A stretch of 64,000 nucleotides of DNA from Eutreptiella sp. 'Long Island Sound 2002' (lineage: Eukaryota; Protista; Euglenida). Both the position numbers and the translations under genes were made by a program. Shown here piece by piece: positions 48,586 to 61,048 of the stretch. The DNA lies in NCBI GenBank assembly GCA_964036045.1, contig OZ038378.1:23932001-23996000 (forward strand), written 5' to 3'. The notes beneath the pieces are model-generated. The model ran no database searches. It had not been told where the DNA came from and saw only the letters and a program-made list of their open reading frames with translations. The number at the start of each line of letters is the position of its first letter. The first letter of the stretch is position 1.

Positions 48586-50299
48586 ATTAGGGTTACAGTT
48601 AGGGCTAGGGTCACTAAGCTGGTGGAACCTGTGGAACCTGTGGAACCCGTGGAACCCGTAGAAATTGCGTTTTGAGCCACGTAGCCCCAGGAATGGTCTG
48701 TTTTTGGTTTGGGGCTGTCGGTGGGTAATGTGCACAAATTTTGGGGCTTTTGAGGGCCCTTTGGGGGTGGTTCGTGGACATATTGTGGACTTATACGGCC
48801 CTAGAGGGCCCTTCGGCCCACGGAAGTCTAGTTGCATGTGTAGAGTAGCCACTGTTTCCCTTCATTTGGCCAATTTAAGTAGGTTCTAGGGCGGTTTTGG
48901 GCAAAAAAGGCTGATTTTGGCCCTAAATTGCAGACTTTGAAATGGAGGTCCGGCACTTGCGACACCCGTTCCCAGCCGCCACCGGTGAGTTTCTAGCTCA
49001 TACTTTGTGTGGTTGTCCCTCACAAAATGTTGGCCGAATCCGAAGCACCACAACGGAGCTGTGATTTTCCCCCATTTGGCGCGTGCTTGCCTGCCCCCGG
49101 GTGGACACCCTGTAACATGTCCCGTGCCTTCTCGAGGTCCCCATGGTAGGGAGAGATGAATATGGCTACATAAAAAGGCCATACTATATGGTAAAACCGG
49201 GCCCCATGCCCCCCGGGGAGCACAACAAGGTGGAATCTAAAAAGCTCCACAAATTAGGCAGGTTTCACAAACTGCGCGCTTCAGGGCGCACCGCAGGCAC
49301 CGTAGGAAAAGCCTTCTCCTTCCTCTACCCATACTAGCATGTTGATTGGGCTGAAAAAGATCCCCCAAATTTCGTTTATGGCTACTTTTGTCACATCATT
49401 TCTGTCCATTTTGGACCCAGACAAAAAATCTGACCCCCGCCTAGGGTTCAAGCTAGGACTAGGGTCACCGAGCTGGTGGAACCAGTCTTGGTTTTATAAC
49501 CCTCTTTAGTGTCTAGGGTGGACGTAACAGGTTTGGCAAGCAAGCAGCAAGCAGCAAGCAAGCAGGGTTTAGGCAGCCACTATGCCCACATGTGGGCCAT
49601 TTCTGATTTTGTCCCCGTGCCGAGCATTGGGAGCCATTAATTTCTCCCCACTAGCGGGGGACACTTGTTAAATGCAATTGTCAGCCCGTGGACAAGGGGC
49701 CCCTGGCGCGGGCCGCCGCCACCCTCAGGCTCTTCTCTGACGTCATGCTCCGCCGACTATGTGTATTTGGATATCAACTACTCGCCAGACGATTCGGCAT
49801 AGTTGGCGTCGAATCGAAACGCGAAACGACTCGAAACCGCGAACTGTCGCAATTGCGAAGCGAAACGACTACACCACAGAAATGGGCACACTTGATGGAG
49901 CGATGGTGTCAAAAGATCAACGTGTGCTTTTTCTCAGCTATCTGGTTTGTTTCCGGAACAATCTGGATTAAATAGGTTTCTCAAACCCTGCGGCGGACAC
50001 AAAGCTTTCTCAAGGGCAAGGGGAGGTAAAGGGAGCCTGCGATGTACTCCCCAATTTGCCCCACCTGGACCCCGCCCCAACCAACCAACCCTCCCAGGGC
50101 AACCCCCCCCCCAGCCCCCCCCGCCTTCACCCCTCCTAGAAACCCCCAAGGGGGCCTTTGGCCAACAGTTAATTGGGGGGTTAGTTGGCGTCCACAACCG
50201 AGGAGTTGCCTCCCCCATGTAGGTAGCCAATTCTGATTTTGATCCTCCCGTCCTCCGGAAGAGGAGGACACTGACACTTATGAGGAGGCCATTGCACTG

Positions 50300-50598
50300 C
50301 TCAACAAGGCAAATAGTGCAAAGGTTGAAGAGGTGAAGGTGGAAGAGGAGGCCCCTTCCCCACTAAAGAAGGTGGTGAAAGGGGAACTCTTGGGCAAAGC
50401 AGATTATGCTTTGCCCCAATTGGTGTTGCGGATGCCCACCCAAAGTACGGTTGGTGATGACACCACACCTTCGGTTGTGGGAGGTTGGTTGAACGATAGG
50501 GACATTTTGGCGTGGCTGACCGACAAGCTATACCATGTAGAGGGAGATGAGCCTTGTGCATGGACCTTGGGGGTCTCCTTCATTTTGTCCCTCCTTGG
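50300..50598 (+). pseudogene. Ulp1-like protease, N-terminal part (split)
   Basis: VGGWLNDRDILAWLTDKLY...EPCAWTLGVSFILSLLG; resumes in frame at 55449. Confidence 0.75.
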
Positions 50599-52677
50599 CC
50601 CGGGGGGGGGGGGGGGGCGACTCTGCGGGTCCTAGGACGCCAACTACCTGCCCCCCCCCTAGGGGCCTTCGGCCAACAGTTAGTTGCCAAAGGTGTTGCC
50701 TTCAGGTGTCCATGGGCGCCTAAGGCGCCCGATGCTCCACGAACACCAAAGGTGCCCGAAGGAAAATTTTGTGCAATTTGCACCCCAACACTATCCTTAA
50801 ACCCAACCTTGACTCGAACACCCACCCCCAACCCTCAGCCTAATCCTATCCCTAAACCTAACTCTAACCAGGACTGAATATTGGGACCAAGCTGGTGGGG
50901 AAAGGAACATCACCTTCAAGCCATTTTAGACGGGCCAAAATCGCTTACAATGGGCTCAAAACGGGCTCATTTCACTTGTTTATGCACCCCAAACGGTCTA
51001 ATCATTTTTGGAAAAACACGTTTTTGACCCATTTTTGACCCTTTTTGGTCCCCAAAACAGCCCATTTTCAAGGCTTTTTGGAACTGTGGAGCGTCATAAC
51101 GGGCCACCATGGGCTCAAAACGGGCCAAAAACACTTGTTTGGGCCCCCCAAGTGGTCTAGGAACAAATTTGGAAAAATGATTTTGGACCATTTTTGGACC
51201 CACAGATGACCCATGTAACTCTACCCTAGCACGTGCACCGTGCGCGCTGAACACCACTTTGTTGTGCCAAAATGGGGCATCGAAGGGTGAGGACAATATG
51301 GAAAAAGGCTTCAAAGTGATTCCATTCATCGTTATTCAGCACCACAAGGGTGCCCAATGCAATCCATGGCTAAAAAACACGTCACGAGAACGTGCAACTT
51401 AAAACATTATGCAAAAAGGGTGCTTTTCAAGGCCAATTTTGCGGTATTTTGAACCCATAAAGAGGTCGTTGGACGCACTACTTGGGTGTAAAACCCACTA
51501 GACAGTGACCAAAGGCGATTGTTCATCATGTGTATATCAGTTTCCCTGCCAATGCCCCTCTCCAAGGATTTGATAGGCACCCGTAAATGCCAAAAGAAGG
51601 CATTTTCTGGCCTTTTTTGACAGATTTTGAAACCTGGGTCCGCCACTTGCGAATCCCGTTCCCGGCCGCCACCGTTGAGTTTCTTGCTCAAACTTTGTGT
51701 GACTGTACTTCACACCCATAGGTATCATCCACCAAAATTTCAGCCGAATCCAAAGCACCACGACGGAGTTCTGATTTTTCCCCATTTCGCGCGTGCTGCT
51801 GCTGCTTGCTGCTGCTAAACCTAAAGCCCATTCCCAAGGCTTTTTGGGAATTTTGGAGGGTCAAAACGGGCCACCATGGGCTGAAAACGGGCTAAAAACA
51901 CTTGTTTGAGCCCCTCAAGTGGTCTAGGAACAAATTTGGAAAAATGATTTTGGACCATTTTTGGACCCACAGATGACCCATGTGACCCTACCCTAGCACG
52001 TGCACCGTGCGCGCTGAACACCACTCTGCGGTGCCAAAATGGGGCATCGAAGGGTGATGACAATGTGGAAAAGGCTTCAAAATGATCCCATTCATCGTTA
52101 CGAATCACCACAAGGGTGCCCAATGCAATCCATGGCTATAAAACACGGCACAAGAAGGTGTGGTTTGAAAAGGTATGCAAAAAGGGTGCTTTTCAGGCTG
52201 ATTTTGCGGTATTTTGGGCCCAAAAAGAGGTCGTTGAGGCCCCTAATCGGGTACATAACACACGAAACGATGATGAAAGGTGTTTGTTTATCATTTAGGT
52301 TAGTTCCAATGCAGATGGACCCGTTAACGCATATCCTAGGCACCCAAACTGCCCAAAAAAAGGCATTTTTTGGCCATTTTTGACAGATTTTGAAACGGAG
52401 GTCCGCCACTTGTGAATCCCGTTGCCGGCCGCCACCGTCGAGTTTCTCGCTCAAACTTTATATGATTGTACTTCACACCCATAGGTATCGTCCACCAAAA
52501 TTTCAACCAAATCCAAAGTACCACGACAGAGTTCTGATTTTTCCCCATTTCGCGCGTGCTGCTGCTTGCTGCTTCCTTGCTTACTGCTTGCTTGCTGCTA
52601 AACCTGGTAGGTCCACCCTAGACACTAAAAAGGGTTATAAAACCAAGACTGGTTCCACCAGCTCAGTAACCCTAATC

Positions 52678-53830
52678 AAGACTGAATATTGGGACCGAGC
52701 TGGTGGGGGAGGGAACATCAGCTATGACTGGTGAGGGACATCAAGAATGATTCACACATTGATGGCTCTTGACAAAGTGAAATCAGCTTGCAAGTGAAAC
52801 CCATCACCACGAGGCCCACTTTCAAGGCTTTTTGGACTTCTGAGGGGCCAAAATGCCCCAAAATGGGTTCAAAATGGGCTCATTTCACCTGCTTGTGCAC
52901 CCCAAATGGTCTAGGATGAGGTTTGGAAAAATGCGTTTTTGACCCATTTTGGACCCATTTTTGGTCCCAAAACAGCCCATTTTCAAGGCATTTTGGGATT
53001 TTCGGAGGACCAAAATGGGCCACCACAAGCTCAAAACGGTCCAAAAACACTTGTTTTAGCCTCGCACATGGTCTAGGATCATTTTTGAGAAAAGTCATCT
53101 TTTTGCCCCTACTGGACCCTGTTGACCCATTTGGGCACCCACCTGTTTGGGCTTGAGCATGCAGCTTGCCGCAGCCTAGTGGGCCTAGGTATTGGGGTCT
53201 AGGCGTCCGTTTGGGCAATTCTGAGGGGTGGAAACCACAAAAAGTGGGGGGTTGCGGGTGGAGTAGGTGCCCTCGGAATCGCATTTTGAGCCATGTAGCC
53301 AAAGATATGGCCCATTCTTGGTTTGTGGCTGTCGGCATTTGGAGCTTCTGGGGGCCTTTTTGGGCCGTTTCCAGGACATATCATGCATGGAGTTAGAGGG
53401 CCGCAAAGAGCTCGTTGACACGGGAAAGTCAAGCCGCACACAGAGTGTACCCACCGTTTCCCTTCGTTTGGCCGTTTTGAATGTGTTCCAGGGCTTTTTT
53501 GGCCCAAAAATGGCTGTTTTTGGCCCCAAACTGCAATTTTTCAAACTGAGGTCCGCCACTTGCGAATCCCGTTCCCGGCCGCCACCGTTGAGTTTCTTGC
53601 TCAGACTTTGTGTGATTGTACTTCACACCCATAGGTATCATCCACCAAAAATTCAACCAAATCCAAAACACCACGACGGAGTTCTAATTTTTTCCCATTT
53701 CGCGCGTGCTGCTGCTTGCTGCTTGCTTGCTTGCTGCTTGCTTGCTGCTGCTGCTGCTGCTAAACCTGGTAGGTCCACCCTAGACACTAAAAAGGGTTAT
53801 AAAACCAAGACTGGTTCCACCAGCTCGGTG
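52678..53830 (-). repeat. ~1.13-kb module (B-C unit), inverted copy
   Basis: Reverse complement of 47447-48585; CCCTAA/CCCTAG tracts at both junctions. Confidence 0.88.
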
Positions 53831-54032
53831 ACCCTAGCCCTAACCCTAGCTCTGGCTCTCACCCTAGGCTAGGGTCAGAGTGAGTGTTGGGGTCCAAAAT
53901 GGAGAGCAATGATGTGGCAAAAGCAGCCACGAACGAAATTTGGGGCATGTTGTTCAGCCCAATCAACATGGCTGGCATGGCCATACTAGCTGGCTGCAAA
54001 GGTTAGGGTTAAGTTTATGGTGATGGTATGGT

Positions 54033-55163
54033 CACCGAGCTGGTGGAACCAGTCTTGGTTTTATAACCCTTTTTAGTGTCTAGGGTGGACCTATCAGGTT
54101 TAGCAGCAAGCAAGCAGCAAGCAAGCAAGCAGCAAGCAGCAGCACACGCGAAATGGGGAAAAATCAGAAGTCCGTCGTGGTGCTTTGGATTTGGTTGAAA
54201 CTTTGGTGCATGATACCTATGGGTGTGAAGTACAATCACACAAAGTTTGAGCGACAAGTCAACGTTGGCGGCCGGGAACGGGATTCGCAAGTGGCGGACC
54301 TCAGTTTCAAAAACTGCAGTTTAGGGCCAAAAACAGCCATTTTTGGGCCAAAAAAGCCATGGAACACATTCAAAACGGCCAAACGAAGGGAAACGGTGGG
54401 TACACTTCACGTGCGGCTTGACTTCCCCGTGTCAACGAGCTCTTTGCGGCCCTCTAACTCCATGATATGTCCCCGAAACGGCCCGCGCCCAGAAGCTCCA
54501 AATGCCGACAGCCACAAACCAAGAATGGGCCATATCTTTGGCTACATGGCTCAAAATGTGATTCCGAGGGCACCTACTCCACCCGCAACCCCCTACTTTT
54601 TGTGGTTTCCACCCCTCAGAATTGCCCAAACGGACGCCTAGACCCCCGTACTTAGGCCCACTAGGCTGCGGCAAGCTGCATGCTCAAGCCCAAACAGGTG
54701 GGTGCCCAAATGGGTCAACAGGGTCCAGTAGGGGCAAAAAGATGACTTTTCTCAAAAATGAATTTCGACCATGTGCGAGGCTAAAACAAGTGTTTTTGGA
54801 CCGTTTTGAGCTTGTGGTGGCCCATTTTGGTCCTCCGAAAATCCCAAAATGCCTTGAAAATGGGCTGTTTTGGGACCAAAAATGGGTCCAAAATGGGTCA
54901 AAAACGCATTTTTCCAAACCTCATCCTAGACCATTTGGGGTGCACAAGCGAGTGAAATGGGCCCATTTTGAGCCCATTTTGGGGCATTTTGGCCCCTCAG
55001 AAGTCCAAAAAGCCTTGAAAGTGGGCCTCGTGGTGATGGGTTTCACTTGCAAGCTGATTTCACTTTGTCAAGAGCCATCAATGTGTGAATCATTCTTGAT
55101 GTCCCTCACCAGTCATAGCTGATGTTCCCTCCCCCACCAGCTCGGTCCCAATATTCAGTCTTG
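54033..55163 (+). repeat. ~1.13-kb module (B-C unit), copy 3
   Basis: Direct similarity to 47447-48585; preceded by GGTTAGGGTTAAG... Confidence 0.88.
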
Positions 55164-55448
55164 ATCAGAGGGAGGGCAAGGGGAGGTAAGGGGAGCCTGT
55201 GCCCCCCTCCCCCCCCCCCCCAACACCCCAAATCGCCCCACCTAGATCCCCCCCCCCCCCAGTGTGCCCCACCTGGACCCCCCCCCCCCAAACCGACCCT
55301 CCCGGAGCCCCCCCCCCCCCAAGCCCCTCCTAGACCCCCTCCCATTTGCCCCTCCTTGAACCCCCCCAAGGGGCCTCCGGCCAACAGTTAGTTGGGGGGG
55401 GTAGTTGGCGTCCAAAACCGAGGGGTCGCCCCCCCCCCCCCCCCCGGG

Positions 55449-55585
55449 CTCCTGGGCAAGATGAGGCTGCATGAACGTGGTCAGTCATGGTTTGGGTCAC
55501 CACACCATTATTGTCAACAATCGACAATGATGATCACGAGGGGCTCCATTGGTTTCTTTGTGCCATGGATTGCACGCAACCCCTA
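55449..55585 (+). pseudogene. Ulp1-like protease, middle part with catalytic His
   Basis: LLGKMRLHERGQSWFGSPHH, then frameshift, DNDDHEGLHWFLCAMDCTQP. Confidence 0.72.
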
Positions 55586-55859
55586 CCATCTCAAGGGGCC
55601 ACAAATGTACATAAACCCTGCCTTCTCGGGGGTCCCCGGCGCGGGATCAAAATCAGAAGTGGAAACCTCACCCCTACCGTCTTAGGGGCCTAGAAATGGG
55701 CCGTGGCTACCGAGACCTTGCGGTCTCGGGGGCCCACAAATGGACAATGGCTACATAAACCTTGCCTCTTCGGCGAAGTGGCTACCTCACCCCCGGCCCA
55801 AATGCGAGCAGTGGCTACATCACCCTTGCCATCGTCGGGACCCCAAACAAGGGGAGGAA

Positions 55860-57575
55860 ACAAGAACATGAGTTTTCACGTAAACCCCCGTACAATGAAA
55901 AAGGTCATGCGCGTACACTTTTTGGGGGGGGGGTGCATGGAAAAATACCGTAACATGTGTATTTTTTTGTGATTTACCCCACATATGAAAATAGTATAAC
56001 CCATGTGCCTTTTTTTATTTTTGATGTTGCCCGAGTATTGGAAAAAAGGTGTAACGTGTGTGGTTTTTTTTTTGGTGTAACCCGCTTGTGAAATAAGTAG
56101 GTTCTGTCTTTTTAACTTTTACGTAGGTTACATGTGAAATAAAGTACATGGGTTACACCTTTTTCCACACGCGAGTTATACCAAACAAAAGTACACAGGT
56201 TGCAGCAAGGTCATAGCAGATGTAGGCCCAACAACCTCGGTATGTTGCCTTCCCTTGGGTTTTGTACTGCTGTCTGGCCTAATGCTCTACAAAGGGCATG
56301 CCCAATACACGGCTTTCCAGAAGGGTGGTGGGGGATCAAGGATGCCCCACCCCCAGAAGGAGGGGAGGCTCTTGGGGACCCCACTCACCGCCCAACAACA
56401 CCCAGAAACAAAAGAAACAAATGCTTCCGGCACCTTTGACCCACGCCCAAGGGGGGGGCACCCACCCAGAACCTCCCCCATTGGGTAGGGCGAGCACTAA
56501 GCACACCCCTAGAGGGACTATGGGGAATCCATCGAGGCGTAGCTGAAGGGCTTTGTACGCGAAGTGGGGCATCTATGGGGGGTCAAATATGGACAAGCCA
56601 CCGCATCTCAACGTTGGAGACGGTGTGTCATCATTCTTATTTGGAATAGCTGGTGCAAAAAGTTACAAGGTGGCACTAACAAAGAAACCACACCGAAAAC
56701 AACATCCGCCCACCGCGTGGTGGCAGGCCCCAAAATGTTAAATGCCAAATCTCAATGCCAAATACTGTGCAATTCGCAAAGCTGAAGGTGAAGCTCCGGC
56801 TCCATCCATTTGGACAGTTTTGCGTGCTCTTGACGATGGTGTTTTGTTCCAAGGTTTTGGTGAACAATGCACCATTCACTGGGCATTGGGATCTCAGGCT
56901 TGCAAATGGCTTTTGCTATTCTTGTGCCTGCATTTTTAGTCTTGATGTGTCTCCTTCAACGGGCAGAGATCCGTGGAGATCCTAAAGGCGCATTTAGTCA
57001 GTTGTAGCGTGGCCAACTCTTCATTGACAAGCCGAAGTTGCAGCTCAAACCAGCAAAAAAGATCTTTATGACAGTTGTGCACAGAATTGGAATCCTGGTG
57101 CCAAGCCTAAGTTGTGCGACACCAAGTCTTAGCTTATCTACAAGAGGGTATTGTGCAACTACTTGCAGTGTTGCATGCACCCTTGGTGTTGTTCCAACAT
57201 TATTTATTCATTTCCGGCGTATAAATTCCCATGCATGTCATCCTTCACACCACAGCTCCATTGCTCTACCCATGTTGGAGGTACCCAACATGTCCGTGGG
57301 GGCTACATGCTTCACCTCCTCCGGTAGCAATAGCGGTTGTTGGGTTGTTCTTGTTGTCCTCCTTCTTTCCTTGGGAAAAAAAGTGTACGCAGGTTGCATC
57401 AAACAAAAAGGTATATGTGGGTTACACCTAAAAGCAAAGCAACCCCCCCCCCCCCCCTTTTTCCATTCGCAGGTTACATAAAAAAAAGTACATGGGTTAC
57501 AATTTTTTCCATACACAGGTTATAGCAAAAGAAAAAGTGCACAGGTTACACTTTTTTCAATACATGGGACACATT
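55860..57575 (-). mobile_element. Transposon end segment with GGTTACA repeats and decayed minus-strand ORF
   Basis: Homology to 6480-7190; EVKHVAPTDMLGTSNMGRAMELW; clustered GGTTACA/TGTAAC motifs at 55980-56190 and 57410-57560. Confidence 0.5.
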
Positions 57576-58427
57576 TTCCATGTTGAGCCCATCCACTTTG
57601 TGAAGTCTGTTGATGGTCAACCGCCGGAAGTTAGCGCACCTTTTCCAGTTTCGGAAAGTCCTGAGTTCATTAGATCTCCACCACTCCACCAGGTTTGTGT
57701 GGGCCAATCCATTGCAGAACGACACCCGCATCATGGGCCTCCATTGTTCTGTCTGCACAAACAAGGGGTGGCCGGGGGACATGGGCGCTGGAGAGGTGGG
57801 CGATGCACATCCATCAACGCTGCGGGCCCAAGCCCAACTTCCTTCAGTACCTGCAGGCGCCGAGCTGTGCTGGTGTGGGGAGATGGCAGGACCGCCGGAG
57901 CTGACCTGGACGGAAGGGAGGGAAGCGGCTGAGACAAGCGGCACGCAGCCTCAGAAACATTCCCCACCAACACTGATACGCGGAGGCACCCTGATACCCT
58001 GAAGTGTGATGTTGGAACCTCCGCTGTGGTGCAGGGCCCGAACCTCCCAGCATGGGCATGCCGCACTTGCAACCGGCCCCTACTACTTGCATGCCTGCCC
58101 CTTGCCGCCTGCCTGCTGCTGCCGGCTGCCTGTCTGTGTGAACCACAACCGGGCACGTTGCTGGTGAAAACATCCGCATTGAATCCTGTGTGTTGTCTTG
58201 CTTCTGACATATGTGGGGCATGTCTCTCGCGTATGCCTTGCAATTCAGCTCGTAGGCTCGGCAGGCGGCGGAAGCAGGCAAAAGGCGACAGACAGCAGGT
58301 AGCAGTTCACAGGGTCGCTGTAACTGTGTGTGTTGGGGGGGGGGGGGGGGGGCTTGACCCCGTTTCTTCGTTCCTGTCTTCCTTGCTCTGTCACGGACCC
58401 CTGCCAGAGGCCCTGCTGATCTCTCAG

Positions 58428-58541
58428 AAGCGGCTCTTTGAAATGGAGGCGAAGTGGGACAACAACTTCATTTATGAGGGGAATACCTCGCGAGGGTCAA
58501 CTGATAAGTCTGACACCGTGTATTTGCGCCGGCGACGGCAG
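58428..58541 (+). CDS. Probable downstream exon of the same gene
   Basis: cag|AAGCGG...CGGCAG|gt; KRLFEMEAKWDNNFIYEGNTSRGSTDKSDTVYLRRRRQ; phase 0-0, fits the flanking exons. Confidence 0.5.
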
Positions 58542-59063
58542 GTGTGCTCCATGAATACGTCGAAATGGTGGAAAAGCCAGTGTGGCGTAATCTCGAATCT
58601 CCAAGCCAGTGAGCGTGACTTGAAGCACCTGTAGTTATACAGGGAGCAGTGGTGGTGAGGGACAAAGTGATGGGGCGCCACAGCGCCAGCTCAAATGGAG
58701 GCGCTTAGGGACGCTGCTCGATCAATAAATGCCACGAAGGCGTTGGGAGTGTTGCACAGCAGCGCAGTGGGCGCGATGCAAAATAGATTGGTCTTGCATT
58801 GAGTCAGTTTTGTGTTTGTTATTGTGCAAGGAGTTGCCTGGGTTCCCTTGAAACGCCAACAGCAGGTCTGCCTTCACTGCATTCCCAACAATGTGTATTG
58901 TGTTGCTGGCACTTTGGAGCATGGTCAAAGATGGAGTGCCCCCAAAGGGGGCCTTCAGCCCTTCTACTTCTACTGGCAGGGGAGTTGCGTCTCAGACCAA
59001 GCTCCATCGCCCCTCCCCCTCCCATCATGATGCGTGTGTCATTGTTCATGTTTCTTTTTCCAG

Positions 59064-59660
59064 GTCATTCGTGCTGCTGGCAGAAGACCATCGCAGTACC
59101 CGCTGGCTGTTTTCGAAAAGAGGGAGGAGCCGAGGGAGGAGCGTCCTTTGTTCATCCGTTGGCGTGGGCATGGTGCTGAGGGGCATTATGAGGGCCCAAG
59201 TTTTCAGGAGCAACATGGGCCATCTCATGTGGAACGGCAATTTGAGATATCTAACGGAGATCTGCAACACCAGAACTGGAAGGAGGCGCGCGGCACCACA
59301 CATACGACCTCCAACACAGGATGGTATTCCAACGAGACTTTTAGTAAGGTAGGGCCCTCTGGGACCTCCGCAGTGCCTGGGGGATATGAGGCTACTGCAG
59401 TGGGAGGCCAATATGAGAGCCCCACAATGGGAGGGCACTACGACTATTCCGCGTCGGGAAAGCGATACGAGAGTTCTGATACCTTTGAAAAGCGATATGA
59501 GACCTCGAGTTTGGGAGGGGGAGGCAGCTACGACTATTCCACGTCCGGAAAGCGATACGAGAGTTCTGATGCTTTTGAAAAGCGATATACACCAGGGCAT
59601 TATGATGTCTCCTATGGGGAGCGGCAGTATGAGACGGCCAATTTGCGTTCTACAGGACAT
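59064..59660 (+). CDS. Probable large low-complexity (Tyr/Gly/Ser-rich) exon of the same gene
   Basis: ttccag|GTCATT...GGACAT|gtatgt; 199 open codons with an internal duplicate YDYSxSGKRYESSDxFEKRY. Confidence 0.62.
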
Positions 59661-61048
59661 GTATGTGATTGTGCCCGGGAGTGGATTGCATGTGTGCTTG
59701 CTGCTGTGCTTGAGGTCAATCGTTGCTCTAGGGACATGTATGCTGCAGGATGAGACAGCCCAAGCGCAAGGCCAAGATAGGCCCATTCCCGGAAGTATAC
59801 CCGGATGGTTATGGAAACAGGGAAAAACATGGAGCAACGGGAACAACGTGGGGGGAAACAGGGGGAAACAGGGAAATAGTCATGTTCTGTGCTGCGTGCT
59901 GTTGCTACTGCCCAAATGCAAAATGAAGACAGAAGCACGACCTTGCTTCCCCAGGTCAGGCAGCTAGTTTGATCCCGAGGCATATGAACAGCCGTTTCAT
60001 TTTGTCAGCAGCCGCTTGCAATGCCCAGACAATCCCAGCCAGAATTCTGATGATCTTCCGGGGATTTCCATGGAAAAATGGGGAAAATGGACAAGTGGAT
60101 GAAAATGGGGGAAAATGGGGAAAGAACTAGCGCACATTGGCCATTGGCACAAGGGGGAGATGCACCATCCTCGTGAATCACTAATGAGGGTTTAGTTTGC
60201 TCAGATCCCGATGCCAAGTCCTTTGGCAGTGCACCCCACATGTTCCAAATGCCAATGGATGCAAGACCCATCATTGGGACTATTGGGCTGGGCTCGCGAG
60301 TCTTTTTGGGGGCAATTGTTTGAGGGCATGCTGATAAACCAAAGAGGAGGCGGGCTGCAGAATGTGGCTCATCAGAGACGAATTTCAGCACATCCTCCGC
60401 CAAATAGCATTTGCCAACGCAGCCCCCAACCTGACGAAGAGCTTGCCCTGCTTGTTGTGGGGTGTGGGGTGTGACTGCCAGTTTTTTGGCCTTCTTGCGG
60501 GAGCAAAATTTGCCCCTTGCCATGCAATAACTTAAAGATCCATCGTCCTTGTGCTGAACATGCAAATACAAAAGAACAAGCACCACACATCAGAATTCTG
60601 GCTGGGATTAGCATTAGGTTGGCCTCACCTTTCGTGCCCCCTCAAAAAGCTGCCCGTTGTGTCAAAATGCCCGGATACGTGCTTCAGCACTGGTCCTCTC
60701 AATTGCAACCCTTCATAGTTATGGCACCTCATACTTTCCTCATTGCAGTCCCTCAAGACATTTTAATTCGGGTCTAAATTGCAAAGGGCAGCGTGGAATC
60801 CTTTTTTTTTGGGATCCGACATTGTTCTCCCTTGAATGGGAACCGCATTAAGCGAGTGTTTTGGACAACAAACCGTTACCTGCACGCGACCAGTGTTTGA
60901 TTGGCTGGCAAACCAAGTTTTTGATTACCAGACCGTTTCCGGTCATCTGCATGGTGCTCGTAAAAATGGTTAGCTGCCAGATTGAGCAAAAAGCCCCACA
61001 AAATCAACCAGCTTGCGCAAATGCTTGGGAGTTCTCAGGGAATGCCAT

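Larger units (their letters stand above)
45168..50219. mobile_element. ~5.05-kb non-autonomous TIR element (hAT-type TSD)
   Basis: TIR CATGGGGGAGG..ACTCC...GGACGCCAAC; perfect 8-bp TSD TAGGTAGC at 45160-45167 and 50220-50227; filled with repeat modules. Confidence 0.85.
50599..55448. mobile_element. ~4.85-kb non-autonomous TIR element inserted in Ulp1
   Basis: TIR CCCGG(G)nCGAC...GGACGCCAACTACC; 8-bp TSD CTCCTTGG/CTCCTGGG (7/8); excision restores LLGKMRLHERG. Confidence 0.85.

Noticed and set aside
45900-55200. Dozens of 60-210 aa ORFs (…FDPFWTHFWSQNSPFSRHF…)
   Set aside because: Recurrent translations of the same non-coding repeat modules in all frames
7474-59660. Gene symbol FBXO11
   Set aside because: Only the beta-helix repeats are similar; no F-box or UBR domain is seen, so orthology is unsupported
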